Shown here piece after piece: positions 9,257 through 18,717 of a stretch of 64,000 bases of DNA. Numbering within the stretch: position 1 is the stretch's first letter; the number at the start of each line of letters is the position of its first letter. The DNA lies in assembly GCA_963767925.1 (NCBI GenBank), contig CAVYGB010000010.1, forward strand, positions 1,440,001 to 1,504,000. The letters run 5' to 3'. The DNA comes from an uncultured delta proteobacterium (GTDB taxonomy: Bacteria > Myxococcota_A > Polyangia > Fen-1088). A program made the translations under genes and the position numbers. The notes below the pieces were generated by a model, which saw only the letters and a list, made by a program, of their open reading frames with translations, was not told where the DNA came from and did no database searches.

Positions 9257-10340
9257 AGCTGACCTCCAGGCGCGCGATCTCCTTCTCCACCCGCTCGATC
9301 GCGCCCGAAGGCTGCGGGCCCAGGCGCTCGCGCAGGTGGCGCAGGGCCTCGTGCAGGTGCCAGTGGGCCTCGAGGCGGCCGGGGCCCACCACCAGGCCGC
9401 GCAGGGTCGCCGCCAGCGGCTCGAAGCGATCGGCGCCGGGGGCGCGGGCCAGCGACAGGCGCGCCTCGGCCGACAGCCGCTCGCCCTGCCCCACCAGCTC
9501 GGCGAAGGCCGGGCCGTCGAGCTGGGCGGCGGCCCAGGCCCAGGGCCAGGTGACCCGGCCGTGGCGCAGGTCCTCGTAGCGCTTGCCGGAGGGGGTGCGG
9601 CCCGACAGATTGCCGAGGTCGTCGAGCATCTGCAGCCCCACCCCGAGCGCCCCGCCGAAGTCGGCGAGGGCGGCGGTCACCTCGGCGCTGGCCCCCGCGC
9701 ACAGCGCCCCCGCCTCGGCGGCCAGCGCGAGCAGGCGGCCGGTCTTGAGCGTGCTGATGGTGGTGGCCACGTCGGAGACCCGGGTCTGCGGGATGCTGGC
9801 CAGGCGGGCCCCCAGGTCGAGGGCCTGCCCGAAGTGGCAATCGAGCAGCACCTCGCTGAGCCGGCGGCCGAGGTGCAGCTCGGCGGCGGCGGGCAACCCC
9901 AGGGCGCCCAGCAGGCGGATGGGGGCGAAATACATCCAGTTGCCCGCGTTGAGGGCCAGCGGCAGGCCGTGCCGGCGGTGCACCGCGGGGGCCCCGCGCC
10001 GCTCGCTCGAGTCGTCCTCGATGTCGTCGACGATCATCGACCCGGCGTGGATGATCTCGAAGATCGCGGCCAGGGCGGGCGGGGGATCGCCGGTGCCGCC
10101 GGCCAGGTGGAAGGCGGCCTCGGTGAGGCGGCCGCGAAAGCCCTTGCCCGGGCGCCCGAGGATGTCGAGCACCGGCGCCAGCAGGGCGTCCCGCCACACC
10201 ACCTCCGGCACGCCCGCCGCGGCCGGGCCGAGCGCGCCGAGGCCGGCCGAGGAGAGGACCTGCTCCAGCAGGAGCTGGGCCGCCTCCGGCAGGGGCTGCC
10301 CGCTGGCTGGCTCCGGGCGTCTCTGAGGCAAGAGGGTCAT
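9249..10340 (-). CDS. crtE: Polyprenyl diphosphate synthase (GGPP synthase-like)
   Basis: PGKGFR, EIIHAGSMIVDDIEDDSSERRG, GQALDL, KTG, GLQMLDDLGN; crt operon context. Confidence 0.8.
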   Translation of the reverse strand: MTLLPQRRPEPASGQPLPEAAQLLLEQVLSSAGLGALGPAAAGVPEVVWRDALLAPVLDILGRPGKGFRGRLTEAAFHLAGGTGDPPPALAAIFEIIHAGSMIVDDIEDDSSERRGAPAVHRRHGLPLALNAGNWMYFAPIRLLGALGLPAAAELHLGRRLSEVLLDCHFGQALDLGARLASIPQTRVSDVATTISTLKTGRLLALAAEAGALCAGASAEVTAALADFGGALGVGLQMLDDLGNLSGRTPSGKRYEDLRHGRVTWPWAWAAAQLDGPAFAELVGQGERLSAEARLSLARAPGADRFEPLAATLRGLVVGPGRLEAHWHLHEALRHLRERLGPQPSGAIERVEKEIARLEVSYG

Positions 10341-10342
10341 TG

Positions 10343-11518
10343 TCACACCGTCTGCAGGGCGGCGAAGGCCGCTCGCAAGGAGACGCCGCGGGGCGGACGG
10401 CCGAGGAGGATCCGGGCCCGGTCGGCGGTGGTGCTGGCGAGCGCGTAGAAGCGGGCGATGCTGGCCGGGGGCAGGCGGTAAAAGCGGGAGAGGACCTGCC
10501 AGCGATCGGCGGGGGCGACGGCCCGGAACAGCAGGCGGTTCAGGCGCCGGTAGAAGCGGGCCTGCGCCTGCACGCTCCGGTGCAGGGCGGCCAGCGCGGG
10601 CAGCGCTTGCTCCGGCCCCTGGGCGGCCAGGGTGGCGGCGACCCGCACCGCCACGGGCAAGGTGTAACCGGTGGTGGGGTGCAGCCAGCCGCCGCGCGCG
10701 CCGAGCCGCACCGGCGAGCCGAGCGGCGGCGAGGCCCCGTCGGAGAAGGGGATGCCGAGCACGCCCGTCTCCTCGCGCAGCACCCGGCGCACGCGGATCC
10801 CCCGGCGCTCGAGGTAGGCCAGGGCCCGCCCGCGCACCAGGGCGAGGTCGAGCTCCGGTCCGTCGCTGTAGTAGGTGTCCTCGATCAGCAGGCGGGTCGG
10901 GGACAGCGGGAGCAGGTACAGGAAGCGGAAGCCGTCGAGCTGGGGGACGCAGGCGTCCATGATCAGCGCGGTCTCCGGATCGATGGGGGCGGCGGCGGCG
11001 GTGGCGTCCTCCACCTCGACCTCGAGGCCGACGAACTTCTGGAAGCCCTCGTTCTCCACCCAGCGGGGCGGCGGCGGGGGACCCCGGCCGTCGAGGACCA
11101 GGCCGGCGCGCAGGCGACGCCCGTCGTCGAGCTCGACCCCGCCGGCGGTCATCGCCACCACCTGGCGACCGAGCAGGAGCTGGCTGCCGCCTGCGGCGTC
11201 GGCGGCGAAGGCGGCCTTCACGGCGGCGGCCAGCGAGGCCGAGGTGAGGGAGGCGTAGCCGATCGGCAGGGTGCGGGTGTGATCGGGGAAGGCCACCGCC
11301 ACCTTCGACCAGCGGCGTACCACCAGCGGATCGAGCAGGGCGGCGCCCGCCTCGTCGACGTCGCTGGCGTGGAACGACCAGGTGTGGTTGCCACCGAGGT
11401 CGGGCCCGGCCTCGACGAGAGCCACCCGTAGGCGCGGGCGGCGCCGGCGCAGGGCCAGCGCGCAGAGTCCCCCGGCCAGCCCGCCGCCGACGATGACGAC
11501 GTCGGCGACGTCGCTCAC
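10343..11518 (-). CDS. crtY: Lycopene beta-cyclase
   Basis: GTG 11518; VGGGLAG, GGNHTWSFH, GFQKFVG, IMDACVPQLDGFRFLYLLP, IEDTYYSD, HPTTGYTLP, RFYRL. Confidence 0.93.
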   Translation of the reverse strand: MSDVADVVIVGGGLAGGLCALALRRRRPRLRVALVEAGPDLGGNHTWSFHASDVDEAGAALLDPLVVRRWSKVAVAFPDHTRTLPIGYASLTSASLAAAVKAAFAADAAGGSQLLLGRQVVAMTAGGVELDDGRRLRAGLVLDGRGPPPPPRWVENEGFQKFVGLEVEVEDATAAAAPIDPETALIMDACVPQLDGFRFLYLLPLSPTRLLIEDTYYSDGPELDLALVRGRALAYLERRGIRVRRVLREETGVLGIPFSDGASPPLGSPVRLGARGGWLHPTTGYTLPVAVRVAATLAAQGPEQALPALAALHRSVQAQARFYRRLNRLLFRAVAPADRWQVLSRFYRLPPASIARFYALASTTADRARILLGRPPRGVSLRAAFAALQTV

Positions 11519-12174
11519 CGGTCCCCCCCCCGCCTCACGATGCGCTCGGCGATCTGCCGCCACTCGGGCGCCTCGGGGTGGTCCTGCTCGGAGATCGGGT
11601 TTTGCAGATATCGGCGGGCCAGGCCGACCGCGCGGGGCCGGTCGCCGTCGTCGTAGTAGAAGTCGGCCGCCAGCACCTGGTTGGGCGGGTAGTCGCCGGC
11701 CCGGGCGAGGGCGCGTTCCCAGTACAGGCGGGCCTTCTTCATCGAGCCGATCGAGATGATGCCGGGCGCCTTGTGGTAAAGGCGGCCCAGCGTCCGGGCG
11801 GCGGCGGCGTGGTCGTGCTCGGGCGCGCTGCCCTCGAGGGTGAGCAGCAGCCGCTCCATCTCGGGCAACACGCGCAGGGCCAGCAGCTTGCCGCGCTCGA
11901 GGGCCTCGCCGCCGAGGTTGGCGGCCAGCCAGAGCAGGCCTTCCGGGTCCTGCCCGTCGACCGCGAGCCGGGTCCGCGCCGCCTGGATGCCCGAGGCGAA
12001 CAGCCGCTTGCGCGCATCGGAGTCGCGCGCCCGCTGGCCGGCGAGGTATGCCTCTCGCCCCGCGTCCTCGCCGCCTGTTCGCGTCACGCCGCCGCCCTGG
12101 GCGCCGTCCAGGCGGATGGCGGTTGACATGGACAGCACCAGCGCCGCACCGCTGACCATCTTCCTTGTGACCAT
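11515..12174 (-). CDS. Exported TPR-like helical protein (TRAP T-component/TatT-like), first gene of crt operon
   Basis: ATG 12174 with GGGAG RBS; EGLLWLAANLG, RTLGRLYHKAPGIISIGSMKKA; stop overlaps crtY start. Confidence 0.6.
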   Translation of the reverse strand: MVTRKMVSGAALVLSMSTAIRLDGAQGGGVTRTGGEDAGREAYLAGQRARDSDARKRLFASGIQAARTRLAVDGQDPEGLLWLAANLGGEALERGKLLALRVLPEMERLLLTLEGSAPEHDHAAAARTLGRLYHKAPGIISIGSMKKARLYWERALARAGDYPPNQVLAADFYYDDGDRPRAVGLARRYLQNPISEQDHPEAPEWRQIAERIVRRGGDR

Positions 12175-12253
12175 TTTTGCTCCCGGTCGTTGGATGTCGG
12201 TCGTGCGCCGGCTGCTACAACGGGCCGGGCCTCCGCATCCAAGTACCATGAGG

Positions 12254-13249
12254 ATGGTCGCCAGCGGTAGCCACCTGGAAGATGAGGCGCGCGCCGCGCA
12301 GAGCAAACCGCGGGTGGCGATCAGCGCCTGCCTGCTCGGGCAGTCGGTGCGGTTCGACGGCGGCCACAAGCGCCACGGCTTCCTGTGCGACGGGCTGGGG
12401 CCCCACGTCGCCTGGGACCCCGTCTGCCCGGAGGTGGAGGCCGGGCTGGCGATCCCGCGCGAGGCGCTGCGCCTGGTCGGTCCTATCGATCGGCCGCAGC
12501 TGCGCGGCAACCGCACCGGCCTTGACCGCACCGACCAGATGACGGCGTACGCCCGACAGCGTGTGTCCTGCCTCGCCCAGGCGCCGCTCGATGGCTACGT
12601 GCTCAAGAAGGACTCACCGAGCTGCGGGCTGACGCGGGTTAAGGTGTACGGCGCCGACGGCTCGCCGCCCGACCGCCGGGGGACCGGCCTGTTCGCGCAG
12701 GTCCTGCAAGAACGGCTGCCGGCGCTGCCGCTGACCGAAGAAGGCCGGCTGCAAGATCCCGGGCTGCGGGAGTGCTTCTTGCATCAGGTCTTCACCCACC
12801 ACCGCCTGCGGATCGCCCGCGGCGACGCGCGCGATCCCCGGGCGCTGGTCGAGGCCCACGCCCGGCACAAGTTCCTGCTCATGGCCCACAGCCCGGCCGG
12901 GCAAAAGGAGGCGGGGCGGGTGATCCGCGACCTGCGGAGCGCGCCGCTCGACACGCTCTGGGAGCGGTACCTGGCGGTGGCGATGCGGTCGCTGGCCGAG
13001 CCGGCCTCGCGGGGGAAACACGCCAACGTGCTCCTCCACATCCTCGGCTTCCTGAAGGAAACCCTGGCGCCACCGGACCGCAACGAGATCCTCACGCTGG
13101 TGGAGGAGTTCCGCACCGGGCTGCACGCGCTGGGGGTGCCGCTGGCCATGCTGGCCCACCACATCCGCCGCTGCGGGCTGGAGGGCTGGATCGCCGAGCA
13201 GGTGTATTTCCAGCCGGTGCCCCGGGCGCTCTCCCCCTTCGTCCGCTGA
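12254..13249 (+). CDS. DUF523 (2-thiouracil desulfurase-like) + DUF1722 (YbgA) protein
   Basis: ISACLLGQSVRFDGGHK, VCPEVEAGL, KKDSPSCG, EEGRL, HARHKFLLMAHS, HANVLLHILG; start 12248 or 12254. Confidence 0.9.
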   Translation: MVASGSHLEDEARAAQSKPRVAISACLLGQSVRFDGGHKRHGFLCDGLGPHVAWDPVCPEVEAGLAIPREALRLVGPIDRPQLRGNRTGLDRTDQMTAYARQRVSCLAQAPLDGYVLKKDSPSCGLTRVKVYGADGSPPDRRGTGLFAQVLQERLPALPLTEEGRLQDPGLRECFLHQVFTHHRLRIARGDARDPRALVEAHARHKFLLMAHSPAGQKEAGRVIRDLRSAPLDTLWERYLAVAMRSLAEPASRGKHANVLLHILGFLKETLAPPDRNEILTLVEEFRTGLHALGVPLAMLAHHIRRCGLEGWIAEQVYFQPVPRALSPFVR

Positions 13250-13265
13250 GGCGCGGGCGCTGGAT

Positions 13266-14363
13266 CTAGACCGCGACCACCCGCCCCTCGGCGGTGGCGC
13301 GCTCGGTGGCGAGAGCGAGGTCGCAGGCCCGGTAGATGTCGGCGAGCGGCAGGCCGGAGGGCTTGCCGGCGTAGGTCGCCTCCAGGAAGTCGACGAACAG
13401 TGATCGCGCTTGCGGCAGGGGGTCGATGGGGGTGGGGGGGCGGTCGTTGGTGATGACGGTGACGCCGGTGGCGGACTGGTATTCGACAACCCCCTGCGTG
13501 CCGATCAGCCGCAGGCGGTCGTCGCCGTGCGAGGGGGCCTGCTTCGGGCGCAGGTAATCGAGGTGCATGGTGGCCACCCCGCCGTTGTCGAGCTCGAACA
13601 GCGCGCCGCTGGCCGCGTCCATCTCGCCCATGCCGGGCAGGCCCGGGCGGGTGTGAAAGCCGGTGACCCGGCGGATCTCGCGGCCGCTGGTCCAGCGCAT
13701 GAGATCGATCAGGTGGATGCCGATCCAAGAGATGCTGCTGCCGTAGCTCTCGCGCTTGAGGAACCAGGGGGCGCGGGTCTTGATCTGGTAGGACTTCTGG
13801 GCCGACATCTGCAGCACCTGGCCGATGTCGCCAGCCGCCACCACCCGCTTCATCGCCTGGTAGGGGGCGCCGAAACGCATGGGAAACAGGGCGCCCAGGG
13901 CGACCTTGCGGGTGGCCACCGCGCGCTTGACCTTCTCGAGGTCGGGGCGGGTCAACGCCAGCGGCCGTTCGGCCAGCACGTCGAGGCCCCGGTCGACGCT
14001 GGCCAGGATGGCGGCGGCCCGCGCCCCGTTGCTGTTGTTGATGGCGACGAGGTCGAGCTTCTCCCGGGCGAGCAGGTCGCGGTAGTCCGGGTAGGCCTTG
14101 GCCTTCGCCAGCCGGGGGTTGGCCGCGAACTGCGCCCGCAGCGCCGGGTCGGGATCGGCGAGCGCGACAACCTCGACGTCGGGCACCCGCTCGAGGTGGT
14201 TGGTCACCTCGCCGACGTGGCCCGCCTCGAGCCCCAGGAGGCCGAGGCGGATCCGGCGCGGCAGGCGGACGGTGTCGCGGGCGGGCGGCTCGGCGGCGAA
14301 GGCGGCGGCGGCGACGAACAGCTTGCGGCGGCTCAGCCCGGGCGGGCGGCTGGTGGGCGTCAT
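13266..14363 (-). CDS. Gfo/Idh/MocA oxidoreductase with Tat-like leader
   Basis: LSRRKLF; VLAERPLA (EKP-like); WIGIHLIDLMRW. Confidence 0.85.
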   Translation of the reverse strand: MTPTSRPPGLSRRKLFVAAAAFAAEPPARDTVRLPRRIRLGLLGLEAGHVGEVTNHLERVPDVEVVALADPDPALRAQFAANPRLAKAKAYPDYRDLLAREKLDLVAINNSNGARAAAILASVDRGLDVLAERPLALTRPDLEKVKRAVATRKVALGALFPMRFGAPYQAMKRVVAAGDIGQVLQMSAQKSYQIKTRAPWFLKRESYGSSISWIGIHLIDLMRWTSGREIRRVTGFHTRPGLPGMGEMDAASGALFELDNGGVATMHLDYLRPKQAPSHGDDRLRLIGTQGVVEYQSATGVTVITNDRPPTPIDPLPQARSLFVDFLEATYAGKPSGLPLADIYRACDLALATERATAEGRVVAV

Positions 14364-14392
14364 CCTGGCATCACCTCCGGGCGGAGAGCGCT

Positions 14393-15409
14393 TCAGAAGG
14401 GGGAGAGGCTGAGGCCCAGGCCGGCGGTCCAGGGCTGCATCTTGCCGCGGACGTCGAAGGGCAGCGAGGCGCCGACCAGCAGGGCGAAGTAGTCGGTGGC
14501 CCACTCGATCGAGGCGTTGGCCGAGACGGTGAGCAGCGGCAGGTCCTGCACGCGCTCCTGATCGCGGTCGTCCTCCTTGATCCCGGTGACTGTCAGGCCG
14601 GCCACCGGCACGAAGGGTCCCAGCAGGTAGCCGGCGTAGGCGTAGGCGCTGGCGCTGGGGGCGCGGTAGCTCTGCAGCTCGTTGGTGCCGCCGCGGTAGT
14701 CGACGGTGGCGCCGACGACGGCGGGGCCCCACAGGTTGTCGAAGGTGTGGTCGATCAGGGCGCCGCCGGTGAAGCGGCCGTGCCCCATCTGCTTGTCCTG
14801 GCGCAAGATGGCCGAGCGGTTCTCGGCCCGGTGGCCCCCGGTGGGCAGGCCGACCGTGAGGGTGAGGCTGGTGGCGTTGATGGCCCCCAGGCGGCGGGTG
14901 AGCAGCACGCTCGTGTCGCCGAGGCCCTCGTTCGAGATGTCGAAGCCGAAGCCGTAGGGATCGCGCCAGTACTTGTACAGCCAGGGGATGCTGACGCCGA
15001 GGTTCCACTTGTCCCCGAGGTCGGTGTTGACCAGCGTGTTGACGACGTAGTTGTAGCCGTCGTCGAGCTGGACGAAGTTGGCCTGGCACTGGGCCTGGAA
15101 CAGCCCGCCGCTGACGTTGCGGCCGACCCACTTGATGCCGCCGCCGGTGCCGGTCGAGGCGCCCGCGCCGCAGCCGGCGACGGTCTGCCAGCTCGCGAGC
15201 AAGGGGGTCGCGCCGATCGCCGCGGGGGCGGGCAGCCCGGCGGCGCAGGCGAGCGCGCGGGGGGCGCGGGCGAGCGCGCGCTCGGCGGCGTCGAGGCGGG
15301 TCTGCAGATCGAGGGAGAGCTGCGCCCGCTCGGCGCGCACGGCCGCGAGGGACAGGCCCGCGAGGGCGACGCACGCCACCAGCAACCGTCGGACCGGTAA
15401 CGTATTCAT
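14393..15409 (-). CDS. Putative outer-membrane beta-barrel (MetA-pathway/SphA-like transporter)
   Basis: Signal peptide; GLGDTSVLL...LTVGLPTG motif; amphipathic strands; C-terminal F. Confidence 0.6.
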   Translation of the reverse strand: MNTLPVRRLLVACVALAGLSLAAVRAERAQLSLDLQTRLDAAERALARAPRALACAAGLPAPAAIGATPLLASWQTVAGCGAGASTGTGGGIKWVGRNVSGGLFQAQCQANFVQLDDGYNYVVNTLVNTDLGDKWNLGVSIPWLYKYWRDPYGFGFDISNEGLGDTSVLLTRRLGAINATSLTLTVGLPTGGHRAENRSAILRQDKQMGHGRFTGGALIDHTFDNLWGPAVVGATVDYRGGTNELQSYRAPSASAYAYAGYLLGPFVPVAGLTVTGIKEDDRDQERVQDLPLLTVSANASIEWATDYFALLVGASLPFDVRGKMQPWTAGLGLSLSPF

Positions 15410-15539
15410 CGGGGGGCAGAGTACATCCATCGGCGCGGGGGTGGGAAGGCTCCCGCGTGGGAGGGCGCGGGGGCGATGGCGGGGGCGTGCCGTGGCCTGG
15501 GTCGGGTGTCGTGGGAATGGCTGGGCTTGGCGCAACGCC

Positions 15540-15600
15540 CCGGGGACGGGGACGGGGACGCGTACCGGTAGCCGTGGCCGTAGCCGTACCCGTCCCCGTG
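15540..15600. repeat. Hexamer-repeat palindromic intergenic element
   Basis: (CGGGGA)x3 ... (CCGTRS)-like x5 ending CGTCCCCG; arms complementary. Confidence 0.5.
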
Positions 15601-15614
15601 GGGCGGGCGAGAGG

Positions 15615-16412
15615 TCAGAGGGTGCGGGAGAGGTCGGGAGGTACGTCGGCGTCGGGGGGGGATTCTTTGCGGATGAGGATCGAGCCGGTGACGATCTCGC
15701 GGCCGTCGGGCGGGAGCAGGACGGGGTCGGCGCGTTCGGCGCCGGGGCGGGCGCGGGCGACGGCCTCGCGCAGGCGGGGTAGCTCGATGGCGGGATCGGG
15801 CAGGTCGTGAAACAGGACGACGATCTGCTCGGAGCCGAGCGCGCCGTCGAGCACCAGCGACGACGGCGAGATCCCGCTCGAGGGCGACCAGTCGAAGAGC
15901 GGCTCGGCGCGGCCGAGGTCGTCCACCGAGAACACGTGGGCCCCCCGGAAGCGGCCAGCGTCGAGGTGGAGCTGGACGGCGTCGCCGCGGCGGAGCCGTT
16001 CGCCGCTGACGCCGGGACGCGGCCCCGGGCTGCCCGGGCGAAAGACCGAGAAGCCGACCGAGGGAGCGCGCGGCGCGGCCACGCTGGGTCCCGGACCGCG
16101 GACCCGCTGCCAGCCGCTGCCCGCGATGAACAGGGCGAGCCCGAACACCGAGATGGCCGGCAGGCTCCAGGCGAGGCGGCGCCGGCGGCGGCCGCGATCG
16201 AAGCGGGACAGCAGCTCGCGCGCGCGGCGCGGGGGTGGGTGGCGGGTCAGGAACGCCTCCTGCGCCTGGCGGGCCAGGGCGACCCGCTCGGTGCACAGGT
16301 CGCAGCCCTGCTGCTGGCGCCCGACCGCCGCCGCCACCTCGGCGGGCAACACGCCGGCCAGGAGGCGATCGATGAGGTAAGGCGGGACGTGCCGGTGGGC
16401 TAAGCTTGCCAC
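15615..16412 (-). CDS. Putative membrane anti-sigma factor (ZAS-like CxxC, one TM helix, DUF4384-like extracytoplasmic domain)
   Basis: GTG 16412 overlapping sigma gene end; GCDLC; TM helix; GERLRRGDAVQL and LVLDGALGSEQIVVLF segments. Confidence 0.65.
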   Translation of the reverse strand: MASLAHRHVPPYLIDRLLAGVLPAEVAAAVGRQQQGCDLCTERVALARQAQEAFLTRHPPPRRARELLSRFDRGRRRRRLAWSLPAISVFGLALFIAGSGWQRVRGPGPSVAAPRAPSVGFSVFRPGSPGPRPGVSGERLRRGDAVQLHLDAGRFRGAHVFSVDDLGRAEPLFDWSPSSGISPSSLVLDGALGSEQIVVLFHDLPDPAIELPRLREAVARARPGAERADPVLLPPDGREIVTGSILIRKESPPDADVPPDLSRTL

Positions 16413-16879
16413 GTCTTCACCAGCCGCTGCGCTTCTTCGGCGAAGCGGCCCATCCGCTCGTCGACCGCCTCGCGTTTCAACCCCAGGGCCATCGCCGCTT
16501 CCTCCTGGGTCAGCTCCTCCAGGCGCACGAGCACGACCACCTCCTGCGTCTCGCGATCGAGCTCGGCCAGCACCCGGCGCAGGATCTCCGGCTCGGCGAG
16601 CAGCGCCTCGATGTCGTCCTGGTCCCGCACGGCGTCCTCGACCTCCGCCCGCCACACGACGTCCTCGCGCGCCCGCTGGCGCAGGCGTTCGATGGCCAGG
16701 CTGGTCGAGGTGGAGAACATCCAGGGCGCGATCTTCTTGCCCTTCGGCCCGTCCTCGAGGAACCGCGTGAACAGCGCGTGCACGAGGTCGTCGCCGTCGA
16801 GACCGACGATACGCTGGATCCGCGCATGCGCGACCGCGGCGAAACTGCGATAAAGCTCTTCGAGGGCGTGAGGTTGCAG
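16400..16879 (-). CDS. ECF sigma-70 family factor (probable CTG start)
   Basis: LEELYRSFA..IQRIVG..DDLVH (region 2); LTQEEAAMALGL (region 4 HTH); reading frame open to an upstream TAG. Confidence 0.7.
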   Translation of the reverse strand: MQPHALEELYRSFAAVAHARIQRIVGLDGDDLVHALFTRFLEDGPKGKKIAPWMFSTSTSLAIERLRQRAREDVVWRAEVEDAVRDQDDIEALLAEPEILRRVLAELDRETQEVVVLVRLEELTQEEAAMALGLKREAVDERMGRFAEEAQRLVKTWQA

Positions 16880-17120
16880 GGGTCCCCTCTGGTACAGCGA
16901 CTCGAGTGTACCCTTCTACGCGTCCGCCGTGGATCCGGCCCGACCCTCAGAACCTGGCCCCGACGCAGCTTTGACCCCTGACTGCCCCAGTCCCTGGCTC
17001 CAATCGCGCAGGACGTAGACCCGATCCGTTCAACCCCCCTGCGGTTTCCCACCAACGCGCCAAGCCCCCACACCCCCCCCCGGGTCGTACCGGCGCCTCC
17101 GACGGTCCCGTACCACCCGA

Positions 17121-17198
17121 CGGACGACCTGCCGGCGGACGACCTGCCGGCGGAGGACCTGCCGGCGGAGGACCTGCCGGCGGAGGACCTCCTGGCGG
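17121..17198. repeat. 15-bp tandem repeat, about 5 copies
   Basis: CGGA(C/G)GACCTGCCGG repeated. Confidence 0.9.
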
Positions 17199-17255
17199 TT
17201 GACATCTGTCGTAGTCGGCCAGATTGCGCGCTCTGGCAGCTAACGCTTGATCGAG

Positions 17256-18080
17256 TCAGCGCCAGCAGCGCTCGGGCCGGGCGAGCAGGGAACGGATGAA
17301 GGCCACCAGGTCGCGGGCCTCTTCCGGGCCGAGGGCACTGTCGAAAGCGGGCATGGGTGTTCCGTCGAGCCCGGAAAGCAGGGTCTTTTGCAGCGCCTCC
17401 GGGGAACATCCCGCCCGGTAGATCTCGGCGCGACGGAGGTTCGGCATCGCGACGGCACGGCGCAGGCCATCGGTCAGGGCTGCCGCGGCGGCTCCTCCCC
17501 CGCGCCCGTCCGGACCATGGCACTCCGCGCAGCGAAGCTCCTCGTACACGGCGCGCCCCCGGCCGGCGGCGCCCCCCCGCGCGGGGAGCGCGGCGAGCAC
17601 CGATTGGGGCCGCTCGCGCTGGAAGCGCGGCGAGAAGGTCTTCACGGTCTGCACGAGCTGCCAGCGGTCGTGCTCCGGAAGGTCGCCCCAACCTGGCATG
17701 GCGCCCCCCAGGCCGAACGTCACCGTTTCGAACAGATCCTCGTCGGTCGGCGGGCTCCCGCTCGGCGTCGAGCGGACCTTGAACACACCCAGGGTCAGGT
17801 CGCGCGGCTGGATTGTGAGGCTGCTGGCGACGGGGCCGTTGCCTCGACCGCTGCGTCCGTGACAGGCCCGGCAATGGCGGTCGTACAGGGCACGCCCGCG
17901 CCCTGGATCATGCGGGGGGAGCGGCCTCACCCTGGCAACGGGGACCCACCGCGAGGAATCGGCGGCCGTGTGCGAGGCACCGGCGGCCTCCGGAGCCTTG
18001 GTCGCGGTCGTGGTGGCCGCGTCGTTCACGGGCGCGGCTGGTTCGAGGAGCAAGGCGGCCGCGAGCGCCAGCCAGGTCAT
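17256..18080 (-). CDS. Di-haem cytochrome c
   Basis: Signal peptide; CRACH and CAECH; PRDLTLGVFKVRST; AMPGW and PMPAF axial-Met motifs. Confidence 0.9.
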   Translation of the reverse strand: MTWLALAAALLLEPAAPVNDAATTTATKAPEAAGASHTAADSSRWVPVARVRPLPPHDPGRGRALYDRHCRACHGRSGRGNGPVASSLTIQPRDLTLGVFKVRSTPSGSPPTDEDLFETVTFGLGGAMPGWGDLPEHDRWQLVQTVKTFSPRFQRERPQSVLAALPARGGAAGRGRAVYEELRCAECHGPDGRGGGAAAAALTDGLRRAVAMPNLRRAEIYRAGCSPEALQKTLLSGLDGTPMPAFDSALGPEEARDLVAFIRSLLARPERCWR

Positions 18081-18709
18081 CAGTGATGATGCCCCGAGCC
18101 GGCCGCCTGGAGCGGGGGCAACGGCCCGCTGCTGGCCTCCCGAAGGTTTCCGACCCGCCCGTCGAGCACGACGTAGGACAGCGGAGATCCGCCCCCCTCG
18201 GCGGGCACGATCAGCCTCAGCTCCCCGCCGATGGCGTATTGCACCTCGATGTCGGTCATGAGAACCGCGAGCCGACCCGAACCGGTCGCGTCCACGTTGA
18301 TCACGCCCAGCAGCGCCGGCCGGGGCTGGCTGATCGGTGGCGGTGGGGGCAGGTCGGGATCGACCGGGCCCTGCGGTCGCCCGACACTGGCGTAGTCCGT
18401 TCGCGGCTGCACGGGATGGTGGTCCAGCAGCAACCACATTTGATAGACGCGAGGGCCGCCTGGCGCCTGTCGAGGCGGCGGTGCCGCGCTCAGCGTGCAG
18501 GTCGCGGTCCCCGCAGGAACGTCCAGATCGCACCGGCCGCTGGCCACGTTGAGAAGGTGCGGATCGGCACCCAGATCCTCGGCCGGGGGAACGACCCTCT
18601 CGGTCGAGGGCGGCGGGTTTGCCAGCAGGAACGCGATCGACTGCAGACCATCGGACGGCCCCCCACATCCGAGCAGCGTCGCGAACACCGGCAGCAAGGA
18701 CCAGCGCAT
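18080..18709 (-). CDS. Hypothetical lipoprotein with C-terminal HHH
   Basis: LLGC lipobox; ends GSGHHH; stop overlaps cytochrome start. Confidence 0.7.
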   Translation of the reverse strand: MRWSLLPVFATLLGCGGPSDGLQSIAFLLANPPPSTERVVPPAEDLGADPHLLNVASGRCDLDVPAGTATCTLSAAPPPRQAPGGPRVYQMWLLLDHHPVQPRTDYASVGRPQGPVDPDLPPPPPISQPRPALLGVINVDATGSGRLAVLMTDIEVQYAIGGELRLIVPAEGGGSPLSYVVLDGRVGNLREASSGPLPPLQAAGSGHHH

Positions 18710-18717
18710 GACCGTCC

